64,000 nucleotides of DNA from contig QFQI01000010.1 of assembly GCA_003243195.1 (NCBI GenBank), positions 13,196 to 77,195 of the forward strand. Reading direction: 5' to 3'. How positions within the stretch are numbered: position 1 is the stretch's first letter; each line of letters starts with the position of its first letter. Made by a program: the position numbers and the translations under genes. The stretch comes from Sphingomonas taxi. Its GTDB lineage: Bacteria; Pseudomonadota; Alphaproteobacteria; Sphingomonadales; Sphingomonadaceae. The notes below the pieces were generated by a model. The model was not told the origin of the DNA. It saw only the letters and a program-made list of their open reading frames with translations, and did no database searches. This document shows positions 41,403 to 51,415 of the stretch, in pieces.

Positions 41403-42892
41403 GCGCCGTACAACGGCACGAGCAACGTTTCGCTTAGCGCCGCCTGCCCGCGCTTCAGGAACAGCCGCACGTCGGCGGGGCCGCCGCCCGCCGGCGCGAT
41501 GTCGGCGGTGACGCGCCAGCGGTTGCGCTGCCCGACCACCGGATAGGCGGCGCTTTCCAGCACCTTGCCACGCGTCACGCCGATGTCGACCCCGACCCCG
41601 CTGTCACGCCCCAGCCCGGCCAGCGCGTCGCCGACGAAATCCACCACCAGCTTGCTGGCGCCCGCGATCGCGGCACCGCCGGGGCGTCCGGCGCTGCCGA
41701 TCCATGTGTCCACGACATGCGCGGCACGATCGACGCTGGGGTCCGCCGATCCCCAGGTCAGCCGATAGTCGAACTGCAATCGCTGCCCGGCGCGCACGCC
41801 CTGCGCCGGCGTCCAGAAGCAGACCACATTGTCGGTCGTCTCGCCGCCGGTCGGGAAGGCATACAGCATCACGCTGCCCCTGCCCCATCGCCCCTGCGGC
41901 TCGACCCAGAGATGGGGACGGCGATCGTAGAAGGCGCCATCGTCTTGGTAATGGTCGAACGCACGGTCGCGCTGGAGCAGCCCGAAGGCGCGGACGTCAT
42001 CGGCGCCGAAGCTGTCGGTCACCGGCTGCGGCGGGTTGCGCAGCGGCCGCCAGATCCGCTCGCCGCCGGCGGTGAGCATCGCCAGCCCGTCCGAATCGTG
42101 GATCTCGGGGCGCCAGTCGCTCGCGCCTTTCTGGCTGCGGTCGTCGTACCAGAACATGCTGGTCGCCGGCGCGATCCCCAGCCGCTCGACCGCGCGGCGC
42201 ATGAACAGCACCGACGACACGTCCTGCACCACCGCACCCGGATGCCGCGACACGAAGCGGAAAGCGCCGGTCAGGCTCTCGCCGTCGAGCAGCGCATAGA
42301 TGGTGTAGGCGCCGCCACCATCGGGCTGGATCCAGAATTCGGTGAAGGTCGGAAACTGTTCCTTGTCCAACCCCGTGTCGACCGCGATCCCGCGCGCCGA
42401 CAGGCCATATTGGTCCTGCGATCCCGACGAGCGGAAATAGGAGGCGCCCATATACGCCAGCCAGTCGCTCTCGTGCCCCGGCTCCATCACGCGAAAGCCC
42501 GCGAATCCGGGCACAGGCCGCACCTGTCCGCTGGTGTCGAACATGTCGGGCGCATAGTCGACGCGGCGCGCGCGGCCGTTTTCGACCAGGTTGATCGTCA
42601 CCGGCACCGGCGCGTACTTGCCCAGCGGGAACGGCCGGACCCCGCCGGCCAGCGTGCGATCGGGCCGGAAACGGATTCCGCCCACCGCATCGTAGTCAAG
42701 CGCCGACGCACCCGGCGCGGGCTGCGGCGCGCGATACGGCCGCTTCGCCAGCGCCGCCGCGCGCTGCTGCAACGACGTCCAGGAGAAGGGCGCCGCCGCG
42801 TCGTCGCGGCGCTGCCCGGCGGCGGCGATCCCCGGCAGCAGCGCCATTGCGCCGGCCGCCACCATCGCATCTCGTCGGCTGAATATCGTCAT
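41399..42892 (-). CDS. Periplasmic glucan biosynthesis protein, OpgG/OpgD family (Tat-type signal)
   Basis: 497 aa. MTIFSRRDAMVAAGAMALLPGIAAAG has a twin-arginine motif. FRVMEPGHESDWLAYMGASYFRS is typical of the family. 4-nt overlap with opgH. Confidence 0.85.
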   Translation of the reverse strand: MTIFSRRDAMVAAGAMALLPGIAAAGQRRDDAAAPFSWTSLQQRAAALAKRPYRAPQPAPGASALDYDAVGGIRFRPDRTLAGGVRPFPLGKYAPVPVTINLVENGRARRVDYAPDMFDTSGQVRPVPGFAGFRVMEPGHESDWLAYMGASYFRSSGSQDQYGLSARGIAVDTGLDKEQFPTFTEFWIQPDGGGAYTIYALLDGESLTGAFRFVSRHPGAVVQDVSSVLFMRRAVERLGIAPATSMFWYDDRSQKGASDWRPEIHDSDGLAMLTAGGERIWRPLRNPPQPVTDSFGADDVRAFGLLQRDRAFDHYQDDGAFYDRRPHLWVEPQGRWGRGSVMLYAFPTGGETTDNVVCFWTPAQGVRAGQRLQFDYRLTWGSADPSVDRAAHVVDTWIGSAGRPGGAAIAGASKLVVDFVGDALAGLGRDSGVGVDIGVTRGKVLESAAYPVVGQRNRWRVTADIAPAGGGPADVRLFLKRGQAALSETLLVPLYGA

Positions 42893-43021
42893 GGCTGCGA
42901 AACAAGCTACGTGGCGGATTGTTGCAACGCAAAACGAACGCGACGGAGTGCCCTTGCTTCGGGACCGGGGGCGGCGCCGACGGGAACGGATGGATCATGC
43001 CCGCTCCCGCGACAAGGCCGG

Positions 43022-44104
43022 TCAGCCGCCGAGCGCCTCCGCGACCACCGCGTTCACGATCCGGCCGCCGCGCACGTTGACGCCGGCCATCAGCCCGGCG
43101 TCCGCCTCCGCCGCCGCATAGCCGTGGTCGGCCAGCGCCAGCCCATACGGCAGGGTCGCGTTGTTCAGCGCATGGCTGGATGTCAGCGGCACCGCGCCCG
43201 GCATGTTCGCGACGCAATAATGGATCACGCCGTCCACCTCGTAGGTCGGATCGGCATGGGTGGTCGCGTGGCTCGTCTCGAAACAGCCGCCCTGATCGAT
43301 CGCCACGTCGACCAGCACCGCACGCGACTTCATCAGCCCCAGCATCGGGCGCGTCACCAGCTTGGGCGCGGAAGCGCCGGGGATCAGCACCGCGCCGATC
43401 ACCGCGTCGGCCTCCGAAATCTCGTGCTCGATCGCTTCCAGCGTCGACACGCGCGTCCGTACCCGCCCGTGGAACAGCTCGTCCAGTTCGCGCAGCCGCG
43501 GGATCGAACGGTCGATGATCGTCACCTCCGCGCCCAGCCCCACCGCCATGCGCGCGGCATGCGTGCCGACCACGCCGCCGCCCAGTACCACGATCCGCGC
43601 CGGCTGCACGCCCGGCACCCCGCCGATCAGCACGCCGCGCCCGCCGTTCACCGCCTTCAGCGCGGTGCCCGCCGCCTCGATCGACAGCCGCCCCGCAACC
43701 TCGCTCATCGGCGCGAGCAGCGGCAATTGCCCGCGCGCGTCAGTCACCGTTTCATAGGCGACGGCGGTCACGCCGGATGCCTGCAACCCCCTTGCCTGTT
43801 CGGGATCGGGGGCGAGATGCAGATAGGTGAACAGGATCTGATCTTCGCGCAGTTGCACCCACTCGCCGGGCTGCGGCTCCTTCACCTTCACGATCATCTG
43901 CGCGGTCGCGAACACCTCCTCGGCGGTGTCGACGATCCCGGCGCCCGCCGCGCGATAGGCGGCATCGTCGGCGGCGATCCCCGCCCCGGCGCCGCTCTGC
44001 ACGATCACCTCATGACCATGCGCGACATATTCGCGCACGGCGCCGGGCGTCAGGCCGACGCGATATTCGTGGTTCTTGATTTCCTTGGGCACGCCGATGC
44101 GCAT
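43022..44104 (-). CDS. ald: Alanine dehydrogenase
   Basis: MRIGVPKEIKNHEYRVGLTP, VLGGGVVG Rossmann motif, AVLIPGA, YCVANMPG. Confidence 0.92.
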   Translation of the reverse strand: MRIGVPKEIKNHEYRVGLTPGAVREYVAHGHEVIVQSGAGAGIAADDAAYRAAGAGIVDTAEEVFATAQMIVKVKEPQPGEWVQLREDQILFTYLHLAPDPEQARGLQASGVTAVAYETVTDARGQLPLLAPMSEVAGRLSIEAAGTALKAVNGGRGVLIGGVPGVQPARIVVLGGGVVGTHAARMAVGLGAEVTIIDRSIPRLRELDELFHGRVRTRVSTLEAIEHEISEADAVIGAVLIPGASAPKLVTRPMLGLMKSRAVLVDVAIDQGGCFETSHATTHADPTYEVDGVIHYCVANMPGAVPLTSSHALNNATLPYGLALADHGYAAAEADAGLMAGVNVRGGRIVNAVVAEALGG

Positions 44105-44216
44105 CGTTCAGGCTCCTTCATCCTTGCCGCGCGATAACGCGGATCGCGTTGCGGAACCGGGCGAAGATCGCGCGCGTCGCGTGACTTCGCGCCGTAATCC
44201 GCCATGATACCACGCC

Positions 44217-44699
44217 ATGACGCCGGAAAACATCACCACCGACCGAATCGACCGCCGGTTGATCGCGCTGCTGCTCGACAATGCGCGCGCCACCGCCTTT
44301 ACACTGGCGGAAGCGATCGGCCGGTCGGCGACCGCGATCGCGCGGCGCCAGCGCGCGCTGGAGGAAGCGGGCGTCATCATCGGCTACACCGCGCGCGTCG
44401 ATCTGGAGAAGCTCGGCTGCGGGACGACCGTACACATCAAGATGACGCTGGAAAGTCAGCGCATCGACGTGCTGGACGCATTTGAAACCGCGATCGTCGC
44501 CAGCCCCTCGGTGGTGCGCTGCGAGCTGATGTCGGGCAGCTACGATTATCTGGTCACCGTCCGCGCGCGCGACCTGACGCATTTCGCGCGGATCCACCGC
44601 GACGAACTCTCCCGCCTGCCCGGCGTTACCCAGATGGAGAGCGGGTTCGTGCTGCGCGAGGTGGTCGCGCCACGCCTGCCGCTGGCGATACTGGACTAA
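44217..44699 (+). CDS. Lrp/AsnC family transcriptional regulator (divergent from ald)
   Basis: 160 aa. HTH DRRLIALLLDNARATAFTLAEAIGRSATAIARRQRALEEAGVI plus a RAM domain. Confidence 0.85.
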   Translation: MTPENITTDRIDRRLIALLLDNARATAFTLAEAIGRSATAIARRQRALEEAGVIIGYTARVDLEKLGCGTTVHIKMTLESQRIDVLDAFETAIVASPSVVRCELMSGSYDYLVTVRARDLTHFARIHRDELSRLPGVTQMESGFVLREVVAPRLPLAILD

Positions 44700-44757
44700 A
44701 TTAATAACGCCTCGCAATAGCCTTGATTGCGGAGAACGGCGCGGTTACGGACGGGGC

Positions 44758-45408
44758 GTGACCACCAACAGCGCCACCGTTCCCGCTCCTCGCCGCGCAC
44801 CGAAGCGCAAGTGGAAGACGTGGTGGCTGAAGCAACTGCACACCTGGCACTGGGTCAGCGCCGCGGTCTCGCTGGTGGCGATGCTGCTGTTCGCGATCAC
44901 CGGCATCACGCTCAACCATGCCGCGACGATCGCCGCCCAGCCGCATGTCGAGGCGCGCAGCGGTACGTTGCCGCCGGTCGTGCGCGCCCGCCTGACCGCC
45001 ACCAGCGCCGATGCGCCGCTGCCGGCGGTCGTCGCGCATGCCGTGCAGCGCAGCGTCGGGCTGGACGCGGGCAGCCGCGCGGCGGAATGGTCCGATGCGG
45101 AAGTGTATGTCGCCCTGCCCCGCCCGGGCGGGGACGCCTGGGTCAGCATCGACCGCGCGACCGGCCACATCACCGCCGAAGTCACCGATCGCGGCTGGAT
45201 CTCCTACCTCAACGATCTCCACAAGGGTCGAAACGCGGGGTCGGCATGGTTCTGGTTCATCGACGTCTTCGCCGCCGCCTGCGTGGTGTTCACGCTCACC
45301 GGGCTGCTGCTGCTGCAACTGCATGCGCGGCATCGCCCATCGACATGGCCGCTCGTCGCCGCCGGCCTTGCGCTGCCGGTGGTGATCGCGCTGGTCTTCA
45401 TCCACTGA
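44758..45408 (+). CDS. PepSY-associated TM helix protein
   Basis: GTG start. WWLKQLHTWHWVSAAVSL and LNDLHKG...WFWFIDVFA are typical PepSY_TM-like helices. Confidence 0.7.
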   Translation: MTTNSATVPAPRRAPKRKWKTWWLKQLHTWHWVSAAVSLVAMLLFAITGITLNHAATIAAQPHVEARSGTLPPVVRARLTATSADAPLPAVVAHAVQRSVGLDAGSRAAEWSDAEVYVALPRPGGDAWVSIDRATGHITAEVTDRGWISYLNDLHKGRNAGSAWFWFIDVFAAACVVFTLTGLLLLQLHARHRPSTWPLVAAGLALPVVIALVFIH

Positions 45409-45428
45409 CCGACAAGGGGGTCTGATCC

Positions 45429-45911
45429 ATGCGTCCACTCCACCTGCTGGCGCTCGGCGGCGTCGTTGCGACTCCCGCCCTGGCGCAGCCCGGCACGATC
45501 ACCGTCACCATCCCGCGGCTGGCGGTCGCCGAATATCACAAGCCCTATGTCGCGGTGTGGCTGGAGCCCGTCGGCGGCGGCCAGCCGCGCACGCTGGCGC
45601 TGTGGTACGACGTCCAGAAGAAGGGCAACGAGCCGGGCACGAAATGGCTGGCCGACCTGCGCGCCTGGTGGCGCAAGGGCGGACGCGGCATGAACCTGCC
45701 CGCCAACGGCATCAGCGGCGCGACGCGCGCGCCCGGCCAGTATCGCATCCCGCTGCCCGCCGACGTGAAACCGGGCCAATATGTGCTGAACGTCGAGGCG
45801 GCGCGTGAAACCGGCGGGCGCGAGCTGGTGAGCGTGCCGGTCACGCTGCCGGGCGCGCAATCGAAGGCCGGCAGCCACGAACTGGGCGCGGTGGCGATCG
45901 CCGCGCGCTGA
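45429..45911 (+). CDS. DUF2271 domain protein (predicted ApbE flavinylation substrate)
   Basis: Signal MRPLHLLALGGVVATPALAQ. YHKPYVAVWLE and WWRKGGR. SGAT motif at nt 45714-45725. Confidence 0.7.
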   Translation: MRPLHLLALGGVVATPALAQPGTITVTIPRLAVAEYHKPYVAVWLEPVGGGQPRTLALWYDVQKKGNEPGTKWLADLRAWWRKGGRGMNLPANGISGATRAPGQYRIPLPADVKPGQYVLNVEAARETGGRELVSVPVTLPGAQSKAGSHELGAVAIAAR

Positions 45912-45931
45912 TCCATCACAGGGGAGACGAC

Positions 45932-46771
45932 ATGATGAAGCTATCCGCCGCGCGCCTCGCGCTCGCCGCCACGCTGCTCGCCGTACCGGCGGGCCTTTCC
46001 GCGCATCGCATGTGGTTCCTGCCGTCGGGCACGATCTTCTCGGGCACCGATAGCTGGGTGACGGTCGACAGCGCGGTGTCCAACGACCTGTTCTACCCCG
46101 ACCATGTCGCCGGCCAGCTCGAGAATGTGAAGGTCTGGCAGCCCGACGGATCGCCCGGCGTATTGCAGAACGGCGCCACCGGCCGCTATCGCTCGGTGTT
46201 CGACGTGAAGCTGGACAAGCCCGGCACCTGGAAGATTGGCAGCGAGATGCAGGGCTTCATGGGCAGCTTCACCGTGAACGGCGAGGAAAAGCGCATCGGC
46301 CGACGCGGTCCGCCGCGCCCGGACGCGCCGCCGCCGCTGACCATCGCCGACATCCCGGCCAACGCCACCGCGGTGAAGGTCACCGAGTTTCTGAGCCGCA
46401 ACGAGATCTTCGCCACCGCCGGCGCCCCGACCACCGGCGTGTTCAAGCCGACCGGCAACGGGCTGGAACTCGCGCCGATCACCCATCCCAACGAACTGGT
46501 CGCGGGAACGCCGGCGCGGCTGCGCTTCCTGATCGACGGCAAGCCGGCCGCGAACCTGAAGGTGACGCTGGTCCCCGGCGGCAAGCGATACCGCGATGCG
46601 GAGGGCGCGCAGGAGCTGACCGCCGGCGCGGATGGCGTGCTGACGCTGACCTTCCCGTCGGCCGGCATGTACTGGCTGAACGCCAACGCGACCGACACGA
46701 AGGTCAGCAACCCGCGCGCCACCGAACGCCGACTGGGCTACACCACCACATTAGAGGTGATGACCCCCTGA
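45932..46771 (+). CDS. DUF4198 domain periplasmic protein
   Basis: Signal ending in LSAHRMWFLPS, the typical DUF4198 start. 279 aa. Confidence 0.65.
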   Translation: MMKLSAARLALAATLLAVPAGLSAHRMWFLPSGTIFSGTDSWVTVDSAVSNDLFYPDHVAGQLENVKVWQPDGSPGVLQNGATGRYRSVFDVKLDKPGTWKIGSEMQGFMGSFTVNGEEKRIGRRGPPRPDAPPPLTIADIPANATAVKVTEFLSRNEIFATAGAPTTGVFKPTGNGLELAPITHPNELVAGTPARLRFLIDGKPAANLKVTLVPGGKRYRDAEGAQELTAGADGVLTLTFPSAGMYWLNANATDTKVSNPRATERRLGYTTTLEVMTP

Positions 46772-46776
46772 CCCTG

Positions 46777-47730
46777 ATGCGCATCGCGCTGCCCGCCACG
46801 ATCGACCCGCGCGCCTTCGCCAGTGTCGATCGGGCGGCGCCGATCGTCACACTGGGCGGCGAGACGATGGGCACGACGTGGCGCGTGCTCTACGCCGCGC
46901 GCGACGTCGATGCGGTGAGGCTGGACGCGGCGGTCCGTGCGCGTCTGGCCGATCTGGTCGCGCAGATGAGCCACTGGGCGCCGGACTCGCGGCTGTCGCG
47001 CTTCAACGACGCGCCGGCGGGAAGTTGGCACGCGCTGTCGCGCGACCTCGCGACTGTCATGCGGCTGGCGGCGCGAATCGCGGCGCAGAGCGAGGGCGCC
47101 TTCGATCCCGCAATTGGTGCGCTGGTCGATCTGTGGGGCTTCGGCCCGCCGGGAGCGATGCCGCCGCCCGATGCGGCGACGGTGGCGGACGCGCGGCGGC
47201 GCTCCGGGCTCGCGCGGCTCGCGTGGGACGACGCCACCGCCCGGCTGCGTCAGCCCGGCGGCGTGCGGCTGGACCTGTCCGGCATCGCCAAGGGCTATGC
47301 CGTCGATACGGTCGCCGACCTGCTCGCCGCGGCCGGCGTAACGCATATGCTGGCGGAGATCGGCGGCGAGCTGGTGGGGCGCGGGATCCGCCCGGATGGC
47401 GAGCCATGGTGGGTCGATCTGGAAACGCCGCCGGACCTTCCGCTGCCGCCGCTGCGGATCGCGCTGCACGAACTGGCGGTCGCCACTTCGGGCAGTTACG
47501 TGCGCGGCGACCACAATCTCGATCCGCGCAGCGGCCGCCCGGCCGCCGCCGACCTGCACGCGGTATCGGTCATCGCCGCCAGCGCGGCGGAGGCGGATGG
47601 CTGGGCCACGGCGCTGCTCGTCCTGGGCCGCGACGCGGGCGCGCGGATGGCGGAGCGACATGACCTCGCCGCGCGATTCGCGACACGTGACGGGGAGTGG
47701 CTGTCGCCGGCGCTGCGGGCAATGCTGTAA
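46777..47730 (+). CDS. apbE: FAD:protein FMN transferase
   Basis: GETMGTTWRV, LSGIAKGYAVD, ATSGSY, ADGWATAL. Confidence 0.85.
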   Translation: MRIALPATIDPRAFASVDRAAPIVTLGGETMGTTWRVLYAARDVDAVRLDAAVRARLADLVAQMSHWAPDSRLSRFNDAPAGSWHALSRDLATVMRLAARIAAQSEGAFDPAIGALVDLWGFGPPGAMPPPDAATVADARRRSGLARLAWDDATARLRQPGGVRLDLSGIAKGYAVDTVADLLAAAGVTHMLAEIGGELVGRGIRPDGEPWWVDLETPPDLPLPPLRIALHELAVATSGSYVRGDHNLDPRSGRPAAADLHAVSVIAASAAEADGWATALLVLGRDAGARMAERHDLAARFATRDGEWLSPALRAML

Positions 47731-47882
47731 CAACGCGCATGTCCTCAACCATGGCGATGGCCGGTAAAATCGCCATCGGAAGCATCACTGGCCGCTAACC
47801 CAATCTTACGACTTCTCCGGTAGAACAATCGACCAGCGATGGTGCCGCTTGCACCGCGCCGACATTTTGGGGGAGGTGTTCG

Positions 47883-49319
47883 ATGATTGGTTGGTTTCAA
47901 CGCACCGCGCCGATCCGTACGAAGTTTCAGGTGCTGGGCCTTACCTACACCGGCTTGTCGGCAACATCCCTGGGAACCACCTTCGCGGCGTCCACCGGCG
48001 CGCTGACGCCCGTGGTCGCGATCGGCATCGCCGGGGCCGCGCTGGCCATGGTGGTGCTGGTGGCGGTCGCCTCGCGCAAGCTGGTGTGCGATCCCTATGT
48101 TCACACCGTGGTGCGCATGGAAGGACTGGCCGCCGGCGACCTTGTCACGCCGATCGGCTATCGCGACTATGGCGACTGCGTCGGCCGCATGACCAAGGCG
48201 ATGGAGGTGTTCCGCCACAATGCGGAGACGCTGGCGGCGTCCGCCACGACGCAGCGTGTCGTGGTGGAGGCGCTGGGCACCGGCCTCACCCGGCTGGCCG
48301 AGAACGACCTGACGCATCACATCGAACAGCCGTTCGCCCCCGAATATGAGGAACTGCGCCGCGACTTCAACCGCGCGATGGCGGCGGTGTCGAACGCGAT
48401 CGGCGCGGTCAGCGAGGCGAGCGACGGCATCAACAGCGGCGCCGCCGACATCCGCGAAGCCTCCGACGCCTTGTCGCAGCGCACCGAGCAGCAGGCCGCC
48501 TCGCTGGAGGAGACCGCCGCGGCGATGGACGAGATCACCGCCACCGTCCGCGAAACCGCGTCCGGCGCGCGCCGCGCCAATTCGGCGGTGACCGAGGCAC
48601 GCGACGAAGCCGAACATTCGGGCGACGTGGTGCGCCGCGCGGTCGATGCGATGGGCGGGATCGAGCGGGCATCGGCCGAGATCAGCGACATCATCAGCGT
48701 CATCGACGGCATCGCCTTCCAGACCAACCTGCTGGCGCTGAACGCCGGCGTCGAGGCCGCGCGCGCCGGTGACGCGGGCAAGGGGTTCGCGGTGGTCGCC
48801 AGCGAGGTGCGCGCGCTGGCGCAGCGCTCCGCCGACGCCGCCAAGGACGTGAAGATCAAGATCACCGCCTCCACCGAGCAGGTCGAGGCAGGCGTGGCGC
48901 TGGTCAGCGAAACGGGCCAGGCGCTGCAACGCATCATCGGCCGCATCGCCGAGATCAGCACGCTGGTGTCCACCATCACCAGCTCCGCCGAGCATCAGGC
49001 GACCGGGTTGCAGCAGATCAACACCGCCGTGTCGGAGATGGACGGCGTGACGCAGCAGAATGCCGCGATGGTGGAAGAAGCCAACGCCGCGGCGCGCAGT
49101 CTGGCCGAGGAGGCGAACCGCCTGATGATCGAGGTGTCGCGGTTCCACATCAACGGCCGCCACGCACCTGCCGCGCCACCCACGCCCGTCGCGGTCCACG
49201 ACCTTCAGGCGCGTGCCGCGCAGGCCGGTCGCCAACTCGCCCGCACCGCCCGCCGCGCGGTGAACGGTACGCGCGGCACCGCGCTGGCGGTGGCCGACGA
49301 GGAATGGTCGGAATTCTGA
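47883..49319 (+). CDS. Methyl-accepting chemotaxis protein with C-terminal xWxxF pentapeptide
   Basis: HAMP plus the signalling hairpin IAFQTNLLALNAGVEAARAGDAGKGFAVVASEVRALAQRS. Ends in EEWSEF. Two closely spaced TM helices with almost no periplasmic domain. Confidence 0.9.
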   Translation: MIGWFQRTAPIRTKFQVLGLTYTGLSATSLGTTFAASTGALTPVVAIGIAGAALAMVVLVAVASRKLVCDPYVHTVVRMEGLAAGDLVTPIGYRDYGDCVGRMTKAMEVFRHNAETLAASATTQRVVVEALGTGLTRLAENDLTHHIEQPFAPEYEELRRDFNRAMAAVSNAIGAVSEASDGINSGAADIREASDALSQRTEQQAASLEETAAAMDEITATVRETASGARRANSAVTEARDEAEHSGDVVRRAVDAMGGIERASAEISDIISVIDGIAFQTNLLALNAGVEAARAGDAGKGFAVVASEVRALAQRSADAAKDVKIKITASTEQVEAGVALVSETGQALQRIIGRIAEISTLVSTITSSAEHQATGLQQINTAVSEMDGVTQQNAAMVEEANAAARSLAEEANRLMIEVSRFHINGRHAPAAPPTPVAVHDLQARAAQAGRQLARTARRAVNGTRGTALAVADEEWSEF

Positions 49320-49365
49320 CGCCGGACCGACGTGGCGCGGGTCCGACGCCGCACCTCGCCGGGGA

Positions 49366-50364
49366 CTATCGCGCCCCCGCCGCGTAGATCGCGTCCAGTA
49401 CCCGGGCGGTGGCGACATATTCCTGGGAGGCGGCATCGAACCGTGCGCCGGCGGCGAGGCGTTCCGCCCAGTCCACCGCCGCACGGCCGCCCCAATCGTC
49501 CGGCGGCAGCGCCAGCGTCTCGCGCGCGGTGCCGTGGAAATGCTCCGCGGTGAAGTCGTAGAACGAGCCGTCGACGTTGCGCAGTGCCGCACCGCCCTCG
49601 GTGCCGTAGAAAGCCGCCTCGATCACCGCATCCTGCCCGGCGTGCAGGCGCCACGAACAGGTCAGCCGGACGGTGACGCCATTCGCCAGCCGCACCGTGG
49701 CGGCGGCATAATCCTCCACCGCGTCATCCCGCAGCGGCGCGCCTCCGGCACGCAGCACCGCATCGACCCCGGCGACGTCGACGCCATCGGTCAGCCACAG
49801 GGCGAGGTCGGCGAGATGGATGCCGAGATCCATCACGCACCCGCCGCCGGCCTGCGCGCGATCGTAGAACCACGGCTTGTCGGGGCCATAGGCATTGTGG
49901 AACGTCAGGTCGATCGCGAACAGCCGGCCCAGCGCGCCGCCCCGCACGAGCGGCGCGATCCGCTGCATGCCGGCGGTGAAGCGGTAGGACAGGTCGACGC
50001 CCAGCAGGCGATCGGCACGGCGCGCGGCCGCGACGACCCCCGCCGTCTCCGCCGCGTCGCGCCCCAGCGGCTTCTGGCAAAACACCGCCGTGCCCGCCTC
50101 CAGTGCCTGGATCGACTGCGCAGCGTGCATCGCGCTGGGCGTGGCGATCACCACGCCGTCCAGACCCAGCGCCAGCAACTCCTCCAGCGAGCCGCACGGC
50201 TGCGCATCGGGGGCCAGGGCGCGCGCCTCGGCGAGCATCGCGGCGGACGGATCGCTGATCGCGGCGGCGTCGATGCGGCCGCCCGCGATCATCGCCGCCA
50301 TGCGATGCCGGCCGATCCAGCCGGTGCCCAGAAATCCAACGCGCGGTTTGATGTCCGTCGCCAT
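49366..50364 (-). CDS. Gfo/Idh/MocA family oxidoreductase
   Basis: 332 aa. N-terminal Rossmann motif VGFLGTGWIG and the EKP-like CQKPL motif. Confidence 0.8.
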   Translation of the reverse strand: MATDIKPRVGFLGTGWIGRHRMAAMIAGGRIDAAAISDPSAAMLAEARALAPDAQPCGSLEELLALGLDGVVIATPSAMHAAQSIQALEAGTAVFCQKPLGRDAAETAGVVAAARRADRLLGVDLSYRFTAGMQRIAPLVRGGALGRLFAIDLTFHNAYGPDKPWFYDRAQAGGGCVMDLGIHLADLALWLTDGVDVAGVDAVLRAGGAPLRDDAVEDYAAATVRLANGVTVRLTCSWRLHAGQDAVIEAAFYGTEGGAALRNVDGSFYDFTAEHFHGTARETLALPPDDWGGRAAVDWAERLAAGARFDAASQEYVATARVLDAIYAAGAR

Positions 50365-50446
50365 TCGTCCTGCTACCTGTCTGCGCGCGGTTCGCGGTCG
50401 CCGATGGACGATCCGCCCTCTTTCATGCCCCGGGGTCGGTGCGACC

Positions 50447-51415
50447 TCAGTCGAACATCACCAACGCCTTCACGAACCCGGTAGGCTTGTCGCGCGTCGC
50501 CGCGATCGCCTCGTTCAGCTCGCTCAGCGCAAAGCGATGCGTCAACAGCGGCGCAAGGTCGATGCGACCGCCCGCGACCGCCGCCACCGCCTCGTTCAGT
50601 CCGCGCAGATTGATGTGCCGGTCGCGTTCGTGCGCGTTGATCACGTCGATTCCCTTCCAGTTCCATTCCTGCATGTTCACCTGCCGTGGCCCGTCCTGAT
50701 GATAGCCCGCCACCACCAGCCGCCCGCCGAACCCGACGATCGCGCTGGCCAGGTCGAGCGGCCATTGCTTGCCGACCGCCTCGATCACGCGCGCGCACAG
50801 CGCCTCGCCGGTCAGTTGCTTCACACGCTCGATGATCGCCCAATGGTCGTCCATCGCGATCGTCTCGGCGGCGCCATAGGCGCGGGCGAGATCCAGCGAC
50901 TCGGACCGCCGCGAGATCGCGATCACCCGCGCGCCGGCGTCGCTCGCCAGCCTGGTCAGCACCGTGCCCAGAAAGCCGATCCCGACGATCGCCACCGTCT
51001 GCCCGGCGACCACATCGGCGCGGCGGAAGATGTTCATCGCGCACGCCAGCGGCTCGCCGGGGAAGGGTTGCCCGGCCAGTCCGGCGGGCAGCCGGACCAT
51101 CTGATCCGCATCCGCCACGTCCCAGGGGGCGAACGAATGCCCCGACAGCATCGTCACCCGGTCACCGATCGCGAAGCCCGCCACGTCCGCGCCCAGCGCG
51201 TCGATCGTGCCCCAGCCTTCGTGCCCCATGCCACCCGCCGCGCCGGGAAAGGTCGACCATGGCTGTCCCTCCCACGGCTCGATGTTCGACGCGCACACGC
51301 CGCACCCTTCCAGCCGCACGCGGACCTGGCCGGCGCGCGGCTGCGGCACCGGGACGCGTTCCACGACCATCCGCTGCGGCGCGACCAGCACCGCCGCCTC
51401 CATCGTCCGACCCAT
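50447..51415 (-). CDS. Zinc-dependent alcohol/polyol dehydrogenase (MDR family)
   Basis: ORF 50447..51688 trimmed to ATG 51415 (1-nt overlap with the upstream stop) or 51403. GCGVCASN, GHEGWG, VGIGFLG. Confidence 0.75.
   Translation of the reverse strand: MGRTMEAAVLVAPQRMVVERVPVPQPRAGQVRVRLEGCGVCASNIEPWEGQPWSTFPGAAGGMGHEGWGTIDALGADVAGFAIGDRVTMLSGHSFAPWDVADADQMVRLPAGLAGQPFPGEPLACAMNIFRRADVVAGQTVAIVGIGFLGTVLTRLASDAGARVIAISRRSESLDLARAYGAAETIAMDDHWAIIERVKQLTGEALCARVIEAVGKQWPLDLASAIVGFGGRLVVAGYHQDGPRQVNMQEWNWKGIDVINAHERDRHINLRGLNEAVAAVAGGRIDLAPLLTHRFALSELNEAIAATRDKPTGFVKALVMFD

Noticed and set aside
44152-44178. GGAAC-N17-CGTC upstream of the Lrp-family gene
   Set aside because: The -10 is imperfect, and this spacer is expected to hold Lrp-type autoregulatory sites. 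Near-matches of this kind are frequent in GC-rich DNA.
44697-44731. Fur-box-like AT-rich stretch (TAAATTAATAACG) before the PepSY gene
   Set aside because: It matches the 19-bp Fur consensus only loosely. It is mentioned under the flavinylation module but not called as a feature.
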